From Vulcanimicrobiota bacterium (GTDB lineage Bacteria > Vulcanimicrobiota > Vulcanimicrobiia > Vulcanimicrobiales > Vulcanimicrobiaceae), in NCBI GenBank assembly GCA_963812155.1, contig CAWETW010000002.1, positions 416,001 to 480,000 of the forward strand: DNA of 64,000 nt. Direction: 5' to 3'. A program made the position numbers and the translations under genes. Positions within the stretch are counted from its first letter, which is position 1, and every line of letters starts with the position of its first letter. Shown here in pieces: positions 9,637-20,586 of the stretch. The notes beneath the pieces are model-generated. The model saw only the letters and a list, made by a program, of their open reading frames with translations, was not told where the DNA came from and did not search any database.

Positions 9637-10439
9637 GCGGACGGCTCGCCTGCGAGCCGGAGATACGAGCTCCGCGCGCGCTCCCACTCCCCGCTCGCGA
9701 GCGCGCGCTCCGCATACGTACCGGCGACGAACGCGGATGCGACGTCATCGAACGGGGCAACGAGCCTGCCGTCCTCCGTGCGCAGCGTCCGGCGCAGATC
9801 CCCGACGGTTGCGCTGCGGTCGTCGCTCACGACGCCGCGTGCGGAAAGCGACGCTAACGCGGCAGCAAACAGCCCTGCCGACGCGCGCGCGTAGTCGCCG
9901 TCGCGAGCCCACGCGCACGCCGCCGCATAGAGCTCGGATGCGTCGCGCGGCGTTTCAATCCGCAGCGCGCGACCCGCAGCGCGCCGTTCGATCGCCAAGC
10001 CGGAGAGCAAACGAAACGCCACGACGAGCAGTACGAGTGCGACCAGCGCCATCAACGCGTCGCCGGCGACCACCGCGCCCCGCGTGCTCAAGTGCACGCG
10101 TCCGAACGCGGCGCGCCAGAGATCGTTCCAGCGGTCGCGCACCCATTGCCAGAACTCCAGCCACAGCGACGGGCGCGCCACCGCCGCGCGTTCGGCTGCA
10201 AGCCGATAGCGTCCGCGGATCGAGAGTTCGGCGGCCACCAAACGTTTGAGATCGGCCGGCGGTTGCGCGCCGGCGTTGGACTGGAGCGCGTGCGGCGAAC
10301 GGTGGCTGGCGGCGGCCCATCGCGCCACCAGCGCGCTGCGTGTCGGCTCGTCATTCGCCGGCGCGCGCGCCGGCAGCAGCACCGCCGCCGCGCACGCTGC
10401 GGCGGCAGCGGCGGCGTGGCGGCAGCGTTGCGATATCAC
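9633..10439 (-). CDS. DUF4129-domain protein
   Basis: Signal/TM, then A..GDY..A...LF.A.L..L...G and F....YA; typical position in this cluster. Confidence 0.75.
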   Translation of the reverse strand: MISQRCRHAAAAAAACAAAVLLPARAPANDEPTRSALVARWAAASHRSPHALQSNAGAQPPADLKRLVAAELSIRGRYRLAAERAAVARPSLWLEFWQWVRDRWNDLWRAAFGRVHLSTRGAVVAGDALMALVALVLLVVAFRLLSGLAIERRAAGRALRIETPRDASELYAAACAWARDGDYARASAGLFAAALASLSARGVVSDDRSATVGDLRRTLRTEDGRLVAPFDDVASAFVAGTYAERALASGEWERARSSYLRLAGEPSA

Positions 10440-11371
10440 GCGACGGCGGGAGTCGCAGCGATGCGTTCGATCTCCGCTTCGAGATCGTAACCCTCTCGCC
10501 GGATACGGACGTCGAAATAGTAGACGCCGACGAGGACGATCGAAAACGGAGCGATCGCCGCGCGCAATAGCGCCGAGACGATGACCTCAACGGCCACGGC
10601 GTGCGCGAACAGCGCGAGGAGCGCCACCGCCGACACCACCATCGATCCACCAAAGATCACGGCGAACGCTGCGAGCGCAAACACCAGCGCTCTCCCGAGT
10701 TCTTTGCGGGCAAAAACCCGGCCGAATCCCGACGCGATCGCTGCCATCGGACCGGCGTTTTCGATCGCGACGGCATTCATGGCGAAAGCGAGCGCGATGA
10801 AGACCAGTGCGAGCGCGAGCAGAAACGCCAACGCCAGCAGCAGCAGCACGACGAAGGCGACGATCGCCAGCACGATCGACGCCCGCGCCAGCAGCGCCGC
10901 GACGACGCCCGCCGCTACCAGCACGATGAAAAATGCGACGTACCACGCGACGAAGACGGCCACCGCAACGAGTTGCGTGAGTAGAATCGCGCCCCAGTGC
11001 GGCAGCACGCTGCGATAACACGCGCCGAACTCGACGGGACGGCCTCCGTAGAGCCGCGCGACGCCGAAGGCGACCGCAACGAAGACGAACGGCCAGAGCG
11101 CGTAGTACAACAGCGCGACGGCCACAATCGCCGCAATCTCACCGGGCGATGAAAACAGGCTCGCCAGCGCCGGCTGCGGCGCGTTCGGATGCGTAAAGAC
11201 GCGAATCATCTGATCGAACTGCGCCAACTGGCTTGAATCTAAAACGTATTGAATCACGGCCAACGGCACGATCAACACGAGTACGATAGCGAGGAACGGC
11301 CAAAAGTTACGGACGTACAGCGTAATGGCCCGGTCGAAAATCTCGCCGAAGCCGAGCGGGCGCAGGTCCAT
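10436..11371 (-). CDS. Integral membrane protein of the MoxR cluster (GPDPase membrane-domain-like)
   Basis: LRPL.FGEIFD.A..LY at N-terminus and YYFDVRIRREGYDL at C-terminus. Confidence 0.82.
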   Translation of the reverse strand: MDLRPLGFGEIFDRAITLYVRNFWPFLAIVLVLIVPLAVIQYVLDSSQLAQFDQMIRVFTHPNAPQPALASLFSSPGEIAAIVAVALLYYALWPFVFVAVAFGVARLYGGRPVEFGACYRSVLPHWGAILLTQLVAVAVFVAWYVAFFIVLVAAGVVAALLARASIVLAIVAFVVLLLLALAFLLALALVFIALAFAMNAVAIENAGPMAAIASGFGRVFARKELGRALVFALAAFAVIFGGSMVVSAVALLALFAHAVAVEVIVSALLRAAIAPFSIVLVGVYYFDVRIRREGYDLEAEIERIAATPAVA

Positions 11372-11424
11372 CGCGCGGCACTTCCGGCAGGGGCGGCCAA
11401 AAACCCCCGGGTAAAAGGAGCAAC

Positions 11425-12054
11425 GTGGTCATCGGAACGCTCGCCGCCATCTGGCGATACCCGGTGAAAAGCCTGCGCGGCGAATCGCTGACCGGCGCCG
11501 AGGTCACCGGTTCCGGGATCGCGGGCGATCGCACCGCCGCACTTTTCGTCACGCGCGGTCACGCGCGCGCTGGGAAACCGTATCGCGGCAAAGAGCACGA
11601 CCGGCTGCATCTCACCGCGGATACCGAGGAAGCGCGCGCCCTCGGCGCCGCGCGCGGCGTCGAGCTCGAGCGGCACAACGACGGGCGATTTTTCGATACC
11701 GCGCCGATCTCGCTTATCGTGGATCGTTGGCTCGAGGAGTTGGCCGCGTTGCTCGGCCGGCCGGTCGAGCCCGAACGCTTCCGGCCGAATTTTCTCGTGC
11801 GCGCCGATGCCGCGTTCGACGCCGGAGAAGCGGCGCTCACCGGCACGCACCTGCAGCTTGGAGACGTGCGCCTGCGCGTCCTCAAGCCGATCGAACGCTG
11901 CGTCGTCACGACCTACGATCCGCGCGGGGGCTCGTCGGATCCCAACGTGCTGCGCCTCGTCACTCAGAAGCGCAACACGTGGATGGGAATTCTATGCGAC
12001 GTCGTGCATCCGGCAACGGTGCGCGTCGGCGACACGCTCCTCTCCTCGCCGTAG
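11425..12054 (+). CDS. MOSC-domain protein
   Basis: IWRYPVKSLRGE, GDR, ERFRPN, RC.VTT.DP; AAGGAG RBS. Confidence 0.9.
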   Translation: MVIGTLAAIWRYPVKSLRGESLTGAEVTGSGIAGDRTAALFVTRGHARAGKPYRGKEHDRLHLTADTEEARALGAARGVELERHNDGRFFDTAPISLIVDRWLEELAALLGRPVEPERFRPNFLVRADAAFDAGEAALTGTHLQLGDVRLRVLKPIERCVVTTYDPRGGSSDPNVLRLVTQKRNTWMGILCDVVHPATVRVGDTLLSSP

Positions 12055-12080
12055 CCCCGATTCGGGGCACTCTCGCGCTC

Positions 12081-12734
12081 GTGGAATCGCAGCGCGGATT
12101 TAGCCTCGTCGAAACGATCGTCGCGGCGGCCATCGCACTGTCGCTCGCGCTGCAGCTGCTTGCGATGACGCACGCAACCGCGCTCGGAGCGCGCCGGCTC
12201 GACGGCCGGCTGCGGGCGCGCGGCTCCGCCGACCGGCTCGAAGAACGTCTCGTCGCAGACGCTGCGACTGCCTGGTCCGTCTTCGTTCCGGACGCCGGCG
12301 TCGACGGCCGGCCGAACGTCGACGGACACGAACTCGACTTCGTCACCGAGGACGGGTCGCACGTTGCGTCGTGGTGGGCATACGCGTTCGACGCCGTCTC
12401 CGGACGCGTAACGCGCTATGCCTACGTTCCGGGTAAAACGGCCGTGGCCGGTGAGTCCTACGATCATCTCACCGGCTTGCGCGCGCAGGCGCACCCGGTT
12501 GCCGACGTCGGAAAACGCTCGAGCGGCGTCTACGATCCACTCTTCGCGCGGGCCTCCGCAACCGACGTCGAGGTGGATTTCGGATGGAATCCGGCGGCCA
12601 CCGGCGGCAATCGCGTCGTGGCGGTGCGTCTGACCGGCGACGGCGTCGACCGCACGCTGATGCTGTCGCCCGCGACGGCGCCCAGCCGCTTCACCGTCGT
12701 CGTGAAGTACACGCCGGCTCCGGCATCGCGTTGA
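12081..12734 (+). CDS. Prepilin-type N-terminal cleavage/methylation protein
   Basis: GTG start then QRG|FSLVE followed by a hydrophobic helix. Confidence 0.78.
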   Translation: MESQRGFSLVETIVAAAIALSLALQLLAMTHATALGARRLDGRLRARGSADRLEERLVADAATAWSVFVPDAGVDGRPNVDGHELDFVTEDGSHVASWWAYAFDAVSGRVTRYAYVPGKTAVAGESYDHLTGLRAQAHPVADVGKRSSGVYDPLFARASATDVEVDFGWNPAATGGNRVVAVRLTGDGVDRTLMLSPATAPSRFTVVVKYTPAPASR

Positions 12735-12766
12735 ATGCGTCCGGCTCCGCTCGGCACGACGTGGTG

Positions 12767-13375
12767 TTAGAGCGTCGTGCGGCCTTCGAACGCTTTCGCC
12801 AGCGTGATTTCATCGGCGTAATCCAGGTCGCCGCCGATCGGCAAACCGTAGGCGAGGCGAGTCACCACGACGCCCAGCGGCGAGATGAGGCGCGACAAGT
12901 AGAGTGCGGTCGCTTCGCCCTCGGCATTCGGATTGGTCGCCAAAATGATTTCGCGCGGCTCTTCGCGACCGATGCGCTCGATCAATTCCTTGACGCGCAG
13001 CTGAGCCGGGCCGATGCCGTCCATCGGCGATATCAAACCGCCGAGCACGTGATACCGTCCCTTGAACGCGCCCGTGCGCTCGACCGCGTAGACATCTTTC
13101 GCTTCGGCGACGACGCAAACGGCGCTCGCGTCGCGGCGCTCGTCGTTGCAGATCGGGCACGGATCGTTTTCGGTCAGCGAAAAGCACACCGAACAGAAAC
13201 GCACGCGATCTTTCACGGCGACGATGGCTTCTGCGAGCGCTTGCGCTTCGTGACGCGGACGGTTGAGCAAATAGAAGACCAGCCGTGCGGCGGTCTTCGG
13301 GCCGATGGTGGGAAGCTTGCTGAACTCGTTGATGAGGGCCGCGACCGGGCCGGCAATGGAACCGGAACTCGGCAT
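12767..13375 (-). CDS. recR: Recombination mediator RecR
   Basis: LPTIGPKTA.RL HhH, C4 zinc finger, Toprim ILATNPNAEGEATA. Confidence 0.97.
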   Translation of the reverse strand: MPSSGSIAGPVAALINEFSKLPTIGPKTAARLVFYLLNRPRHEAQALAEAIVAVKDRVRFCSVCFSLTENDPCPICNDERRDASAVCVVAEAKDVYAVERTGAFKGRYHVLGGLISPMDGIGPAQLRVKELIERIGREEPREIILATNPNAEGEATALYLSRLISPLGVVVTRLAYGLPIGGDLDYADEITLAKAFEGRTTL

Positions 13376-13383
13376 TCCGGAGG

Positions 13384-13688
13384 TTACGAAAATCCCGGGA
13401 TGCGCATGCCGCCGGTCAGCGAGGCCATTCGCTTTTGCGACGTCTCGGTCGATTTCGAGAGCGCGTCGTTCATCGCGACGACGACCAAGTCTTCGAGCGT
13501 TTCGAGATCGTCGGGGTCGACGGCGTCTTTCGCGATGCGCACCGACTTCACGCGCTGATCGCACGTCGCTTCCACCGTCACCAGACCGCCCGCGGCGGTG
13601 CCGGTCACAAGCGTCGTGGCGAGTTCTTCCTGCGCCTTCGTCATTTCGGCTTGCATCTTTTTGACTTGCGCCATCAGTTGAGCTTGAT

Positions 13689-13692
<4 letters not shown>
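13384..13692 (-). CDS. ybaB: YbaB/EbfC nucleoid-associated protein
   Basis: GGLVTV, DLETLEDLV..A.NDAL; lies between dnaX and recR. Confidence 0.95.
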
Positions 13693-15275
<1,583 letters not shown>

Positions 15276-15414
15276 ACTGCAATCTTACGAGGAGGGTTTG
15301 GGCGAGCCTGCCGGCGGGTAGGCTGAAACGGTCCGGTTCCGGACGGGTTTAGAGAGGTTGGCTGGAGCGCCGCAATAGCGCTTCGGCGTTTCCGGTTACG
15401 AAGGGAACCGTCCA

Positions 15415-17061
15415 TTGGCTTTTGGAGACCTGCGCGCGGCCTTGCGGAAACACTTCGGTTTCGAAGCGTTCTATCCGGGCCAAGAAGAGGTCATTTCGCG
15501 CGTCCTGCAAGAGCAGGATACATTGGCTATTCTTGCCACCGGCGCGGGCAAGAGCCTCACGTATCAGCTGTCGGCGCTGTTGCTCGAAGGCACCACCGTC
15601 GTCGTCAGCCCCTTGATTGCGTTGATGAAAGATCAGCTCGACGTTCTGCGCGAGCGCGGCATTCGCGGTGCGATTGCATTGAACTCGACGCTATCGGAAG
15701 AACAGGAAGCGCGTGCGCGCGAACGGATAGCGTCCGGTAAGATCAAGATCGCGTACACGACGCCCGAAAAGCTCGAAGACGAAAGCTTTTTGCGCCTCCT
15801 CCAGTCGATCCAAGTCCCGCTTTTCGTCGTCGACGAAGCGCACTGCATCAGTCAATGGGGACACGATTTTCGCCCGGCGTATCTCGCGCTCGGCGGCGCC
15901 ATCAACAAGTTGGGCAAGCCGACGGTGCTGGCCCTCACCGCCACCGCGACGCCGTCGGTACGCGAAGATATTCTGCATCAACTCGGCATCGAGCACGTGA
16001 AGCCGATCGTCCGCGGCTTCGATCGTCCGAATCTCGTCTACGAGGCCTGCAAGGCGCACAAGGCCGTCGACAAGATGAAGATTCTCACGTCGCTCTTCAC
16101 CGGTCCCAACGCCCTCGAAGGCACCGGCATCATTTACACGGCGACGATCAAAAACGCGCTCGAGGTTCAACACCACCTGACGCACGAGCTCAACGTGCCC
16201 GCGGCCGTCTATCACTCGAAACTGCATAAAGAAGACCGCACGTCGGTGCAAAATCTCTTCATGAGTGAAGCGATTCGCGCGGTCGTCGCGACCAATGCGT
16301 TCGGACTGGGCATCGATAAATCGAACATTCGTTTCGTCGTGCACTACGACCTCACGGGTTCGCTCGAAGCCTATACGCAAGAAGCCGGTCGCGCCGGAAG
16401 AGACGGGCTGCCGTCGCGCTGCATTCTGATCTATCGCATGAGCGACACGCGCGTGCAAAGTTACTTCTTGACGGGAAAGTATCCCGACATCGAAGAGGTG
16501 CAGCGCGTCTTCGGGACGATCGAGGTGTTCGGCGATCAAGCCGACGGCGTTTCGATGGCCGATCTGCGCAAGATCCTGCAGCTTCCGCTCACCAAGCTGC
16601 GCGTAATTCTCGCGCTGCTCAAGAAATCGGGCTATCTCGAAATCGTCAAAAAATCGGCGTACGGTTTGACCGAAGCGGTGCGCAAGAACCGCGAACTCGT
16701 GTTGAGCCTAGCCAACTACGAGACGAAAAAATCATACGACCAGAGCAAACTCGCGATGATGCTGCAGTACGCGGAGACGACCTCGTGCCGCCGGCGATTC
16801 ATTCTCAACTATTTCGGCGAAGACTTCGACCGTTCGAACTGCGGTGCGTGCGACAACTGCCTGCGAGCGGCCGTTGGGAGGGTCGACGAGGGAGCGGCCA
16901 CCGGAGGGTTCAAAATCTCCGACGTGGTGCAGCACCCCAAGTTCGGCATGGGAACGGTGGAACGCGCGGAGCGGGATTTGGTGACGGTGCTCTTTCCGAG
17001 CTGCGGCTACAAGACGCTGCTGGCATCGGCCGTCCACCGCTCCGGCAAAATTGCTTCCTAG
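15415..17061 (+). CDS. recQ: RecQ-family helicase with C-terminal Tudor-like domain
   Basis: TGAGKS, VDEAHCISQWGHDFRP, QEAGRAGRDG, CRR..IL.YFGE...CGACDNC; TTG start. Confidence 0.92.
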   Translation: MAFGDLRAALRKHFGFEAFYPGQEEVISRVLQEQDTLAILATGAGKSLTYQLSALLLEGTTVVVSPLIALMKDQLDVLRERGIRGAIALNSTLSEEQEARARERIASGKIKIAYTTPEKLEDESFLRLLQSIQVPLFVVDEAHCISQWGHDFRPAYLALGGAINKLGKPTVLALTATATPSVREDILHQLGIEHVKPIVRGFDRPNLVYEACKAHKAVDKMKILTSLFTGPNALEGTGIIYTATIKNALEVQHHLTHELNVPAAVYHSKLHKEDRTSVQNLFMSEAIRAVVATNAFGLGIDKSNIRFVVHYDLTGSLEAYTQEAGRAGRDGLPSRCILIYRMSDTRVQSYFLTGKYPDIEEVQRVFGTIEVFGDQADGVSMADLRKILQLPLTKLRVILALLKKSGYLEIVKKSAYGLTEAVRKNRELVLSLANYETKKSYDQSKLAMMLQYAETTSCRRRFILNYFGEDFDRSNCGACDNCLRAAVGRVDEGAATGGFKISDVVQHPKFGMGTVERAERDLVTVLFPSCGYKTLLASAVHRSGKIAS

Positions 17062-18700
17062 CGAGACCGTCTCTCGCTCCTTCGCGGCGCTGACGCTGCT
17101 GGCGGCGTGCCTGACGGCTCCCGCCCCGGCGCAGACGCCCGCGTCTCCTACGCCCTCGCCGGCCGCGGCCCCGTCTCCCGGCGCATCGACGTCACCGGCC
17201 GCCTCGACCTCTCCCTCCCTTCCCGGAACGGCGTCGCCGACGCCGCCGCCGATTACGGTCGAGCCGGCGAGCGCGACGGTTCCGGTGGGTGGTTCGGCCC
17301 GCGTCGTGGTCGGGTCGGCAATCGCGCCGATTACCGTCGTCGCGCGCGACCCCGCGGTCGTCGAGGCGGCGGTCGATCAATCGTCGTCGGCGATTGCGCT
17401 CTCGGGAAAGAAGCCGGGAACGACCGTCGTCACGGTCTCCGACGCGCGCGGCCTCACGCGCGACGTCCAGGTGCGCGTCGCATACTATGCCGGAAGCACG
17501 GCCGCACAGACGACGCTCTCGATCACCGGCGATCCCGCATCGGCCGATTTCGTCCGCCAAGAGGTCGTGGCCGCGGTCGTTCGCGCGACCCAAGCGCGTC
17601 CGGGCGCACAGGTCGTCGTCTCCGCCGACGACGTCCGGTTCGCGGGCACGCTCGCGCAGGATCGCGTCGCCGCCGTCAACGTTCCGGTGCTCGTTCAAGG
17701 AACGGATTACATCGAAGTCGATGCGACGACGCGCGTCGACGTCCGCAACGTCGCCGCACCGCGCATTTCGCCCGGTTCCCTCATGGTGAGCGACTATCCC
17801 GAACGGCTCGAGGAAAACGGAACGCTCTTCACCGCGGATCTGCGCAGCGAACAGCCTTCGCGCTTTCTCTATTTTCATTACAATCCGCCGGGTCAGCCGA
17901 CGCGGCGCGTCGTTCTGCGCGTCGACAACACGTCGCCCGAGCCGGCAAACGTGCAGTTCATCAGCGGACTCGGCGGTCCGACTGCCAACGAAATGGAGGC
18001 GGGACACACGGCGACGCGCGCCTTCTTGATCAACGTCGTGCAGAATCAGGGACGGCTGATCACGATTCCCGGAAACTCGTCGCTGAACATCTCCCAACAG
18101 AGTCTCCCGCCGGGGACGATCGTATGCAACCTGCTGCAGCTGCGCGCCCTCTCGGGAAACGGCAGCGTACATTTGACGCTGACGTCGCAGCCCGCCGAGG
18201 GCGATGTCGCCGTCGCAGCCGGCGGAGCGCTGTTGGAAGCCGAGCACAAGCACGCGCGCGGCATCTATCCGATCCCGGAGTTTTACTACGCGGCGCAGTG
18301 GAACGTCAACGACGACTACCTCGAGGTTCCCATCGGTCAGATTCCGCTGCCCAACGATCTCCAAGGCCAAGCATTGGCGGGAGATTACGGCGTGCTGCAG
18401 TCGTTCGTGGTCACTTTACACAATCCAGGCTCGACGCCGCAGGCGGTCGCCATCTACGAAAACCCGCGCGGCGGACGCGCGACCGGAACCTACATCATCG
18501 ACGGCGTCCTCGTGCAGTCGCATCAGGTCACCGCGTTTTCACGCTACAAGATTCGGCAGTACCTCATCCCGGCGCGCGGATTCGTGCGCGTCACGATCGT
18601 GACGATGCCCGAGGCCGGCTCGAGCTACCCGCTGCGGTTGATCTTCGCACCGGACGACGGCAGCGTCGCGCCGGGAGCGCCCGGTTCGCCGGTGTATTAG
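17051..18700 (+). CDS. Secreted protein: Pro/Ser/Thr linker, Ig-like (pilus-assembly N-terminal-like) domain, large beta-rich domain
   Basis: Signal peptide, PSPT-rich tract, GTTVVTVSD Ig-like motif, SDYPE and GDYGV motifs. Confidence 0.72.
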   Translation: MLPSETVSRSFAALTLLAACLTAPAPAQTPASPTPSPAAAPSPGASTSPAASTSPSLPGTASPTPPPITVEPASATVPVGGSARVVVGSAIAPITVVARDPAVVEAAVDQSSSAIALSGKKPGTTVVTVSDARGLTRDVQVRVAYYAGSTAAQTTLSITGDPASADFVRQEVVAAVVRATQARPGAQVVVSADDVRFAGTLAQDRVAAVNVPVLVQGTDYIEVDATTRVDVRNVAAPRISPGSLMVSDYPERLEENGTLFTADLRSEQPSRFLYFHYNPPGQPTRRVVLRVDNTSPEPANVQFISGLGGPTANEMEAGHTATRAFLINVVQNQGRLITIPGNSSLNISQQSLPPGTIVCNLLQLRALSGNGSVHLTLTSQPAEGDVAVAAGGALLEAEHKHARGIYPIPEFYYAAQWNVNDDYLEVPIGQIPLPNDLQGQALAGDYGVLQSFVVTLHNPGSTPQAVAIYENPRGGRATGTYIIDGVLVQSHQVTAFSRYKIRQYLIPARGFVRVTIVTMPEAGSSYPLRLIFAPDDGSVAPGAPGSPVY

Positions 18701-18706
18701 GGTTCC

Positions 18707-19738
18707 CTAGCCCACGCTTCCGACGCTCGCATAGAGTCCGCGCATGGCGCGCGCACTGGCCGGCCACGAGAGCCGATCGATAGCGGCGGCCCGCACCGAC
18801 GTTGCGCGCGCGTCGTCGTCTCCGCGCATCGCGCGCCGCAACGCGTGCGCCCATTGCGATTCATTTTCCACCGGGACGACCGGGGCGTCGCTCCCGACGA
18901 CTTCCGGCAACGCGCCGCGATCGGAAACGATGCACGGCGTACCGGCGCAGAGCGCTTGAGCGGCGGCATAGCCGAATCCCTCGTAGTGCGAGGGCACGGC
19001 GACGACCGCGCAGCTCGCGTAGAGATCGAGCAGTTCCCGGCGCTCGACGTATCCGCGAAACTCGACGCGATCCGCCACGCCGAGCCGGCGCGCGATCACC
19101 GCGCACTCGTTGCGATACGGCGTGGGCGGACCAACCGAAAGGATACGCGCGCCGGGAAGTTCGGGAAGCAGCCGCACGAGCGCGTCGAGGTTTTTACGCC
19201 GTTCGACAGTTCCGACGATGAGAATCGTGCGTCCGTCTCCGGCGCGCCGCTCCAGCGTGCAGAAATCGTCGGCGACGCCCGGATACACCACGTGCACGCG
19301 CGCCGGGTCGTAGTCGCCGAGCACTCGCAGCAGCTCCCCTCGCGAGAACTCCGAGTCGACCGCGATGCGTGCGACCGTGCGGTAGCGGTCGAGAGAAAAG
19401 CGTCCGAAGTAGTAGCGCGCGTACGCGGGCGCGTGCGCCTGCACGCACAGCCACGCCACGTCGTGTACGGTTGCGACGACCGGTAACGGCGATGCGAACG
19501 GCACCGTGCCGGAGGCGCAGTGCAGCACGGCCGCGTGCGCACGCGCGGCGCGGCGCGGCAACAGCACCTGATCCCACCAGATTCGCCGGTCGAAGCGCCA
19601 CGGATCGAGCGACGGCTCGCAGAGTTTGACGAGTTCGATCTCGGGATCGTCGCGCAGTGCATCAGCCAACCCGCGAACGTATTCGCCGATGCCGGTCGCG
19701 GTGCCGATGGCGAGTTGCGCGTCGAGCGCGACCCTCAA
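18707..19738 (-). CDS. GT4 glycosyltransferase
   Basis: TGIGEY, TVHD, GTVERRKN, PSHYEGFG; TTG start overlaps the upstream TGA. Confidence 0.92.
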   Translation of the reverse strand: MRVALDAQLAIGTATGIGEYVRGLADALRDDPEIELVKLCEPSLDPWRFDRRIWWDQVLLPRRAARAHAAVLHCASGTVPFASPLPVVATVHDVAWLCVQAHAPAYARYYFGRFSLDRYRTVARIAVDSEFSRGELLRVLGDYDPARVHVVYPGVADDFCTLERRAGDGRTILIVGTVERRKNLDALVRLLPELPGARILSVGPPTPYRNECAVIARRLGVADRVEFRGYVERRELLDLYASCAVVAVPSHYEGFGYAAAQALCAGTPCIVSDRGALPEVVGSDAPVVPVENESQWAHALRRAMRGDDDARATSVRAAAIDRLSWPASARAMRGLYASVGSVG

Positions 19739-20586
19739 CGCAGTTCGCGCTCCAGCGCCCGCACCATCAACGCACGCGCGTCGATCCGGCGCGCGCGCTC
19801 GAGATACCGGCGGGCTGCGGGCGCGTCGCCACGCCGGTGCGCGACGACGCCCAAGCCGGCGACTGCGTCGGCGCTCGCCGGATCGGCGGCGGCCGCACGC
19901 GCGAACAGCGACGACGCGTCGTCGAGATCGCCGAGCAGCACGGCTTGATTGGCGGCTACGATCGCATACTTCTCGGAAAGCGGCGCGAGGTCGGTCGCGA
20001 TCCGCATGTCGCGCATCCCGCGGCGCAGCCACGCCATCTGCGCGGGGCTTCCGGACACTTCGCGCCAGGCTTGCCGGTTCGCGAGGTCGCCCATGCGCCA
20101 GGCCGTTTGAGCGATCGCGTCGGGATGCGTCGTCGTCAGCGACAGCCGCAGGTCGAGCGTCCGTTCCAGCGCATACGCCTTCGCGGGGCTGGCCGGCTCC
20201 AACGCTCGCACCGCCAACTGTACCGCATCGACGTCGGGAGCGGCGATAAAATACTCGAGCGCGAGATCGCGGTCGCCTTGCGCCATCGCAAGGCGTGCCA
20301 GCAGTTCGTCGCGCGAAGCCGACGGCGGCAGCCGCAGCGCGTAGTGCAGCGCCTCGCCGTTTCGCCGCGCAGAGAGCGCGTAGGCGGCCAATGTCGCTTC
20401 GACGTAGGGTGCGGGGGCGAGGCGATCGAGCGCGCGATAGACGGCGGCGCCGAATGCGACGGGAACGTGCGACGGCAGCGTGCCGCGCGCCGCCGCCGGG
20501 GCGGCAAACGCGTCCGATGCCAACTGAATCGCGCCGAATGCCGTCAACACCGAAACGGCGGCCGCGATGACGAAGACGCGAGTCAG
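19735..20586 (-). CDS. TPR-like helical repeat protein with N-terminal anchor
   Basis: N-terminal TM; TPR-like A...F.RA...DP.SADA..GLG; start uncertain (CTG 20586 proposed). Confidence 0.65.
   Translation of the reverse strand: MTRVFVIAAAVSVLTAFGAIQLASDAFAAPAAARGTLPSHVPVAFGAAVYRALDRLAPAPYVEATLAAYALSARRNGEALHYALRLPPSASRDELLARLAMAQGDRDLALEYFIAAPDVDAVQLAVRALEPASPAKAYALERTLDLRLSLTTTHPDAIAQTAWRMGDLANRQAWREVSGSPAQMAWLRRGMRDMRIATDLAPLSEKYAIVAANQAVLLGDLDDASSLFARAAAADPASADAVAGLGVVAHRRGDAPAARRYLERARRIDARALMVRALERELR

Noticed and set aside
15276..15414. SRP RNA (ffs/scr) expected upstream of dnaX; hairpin GTCCGG-TT-CCGGAC at 15331-15344
   Set aside because: The conserved helix-8 motif (CAGG...GGAA...AGCAG) is not visible on either strand, and the short spacer must also hold divergent promoters.
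17120..17255. Pro/Ser/Thr-rich quasi-repeats as a DNA repeat element
   Set aside because: Explained as a low-complexity protein linker.
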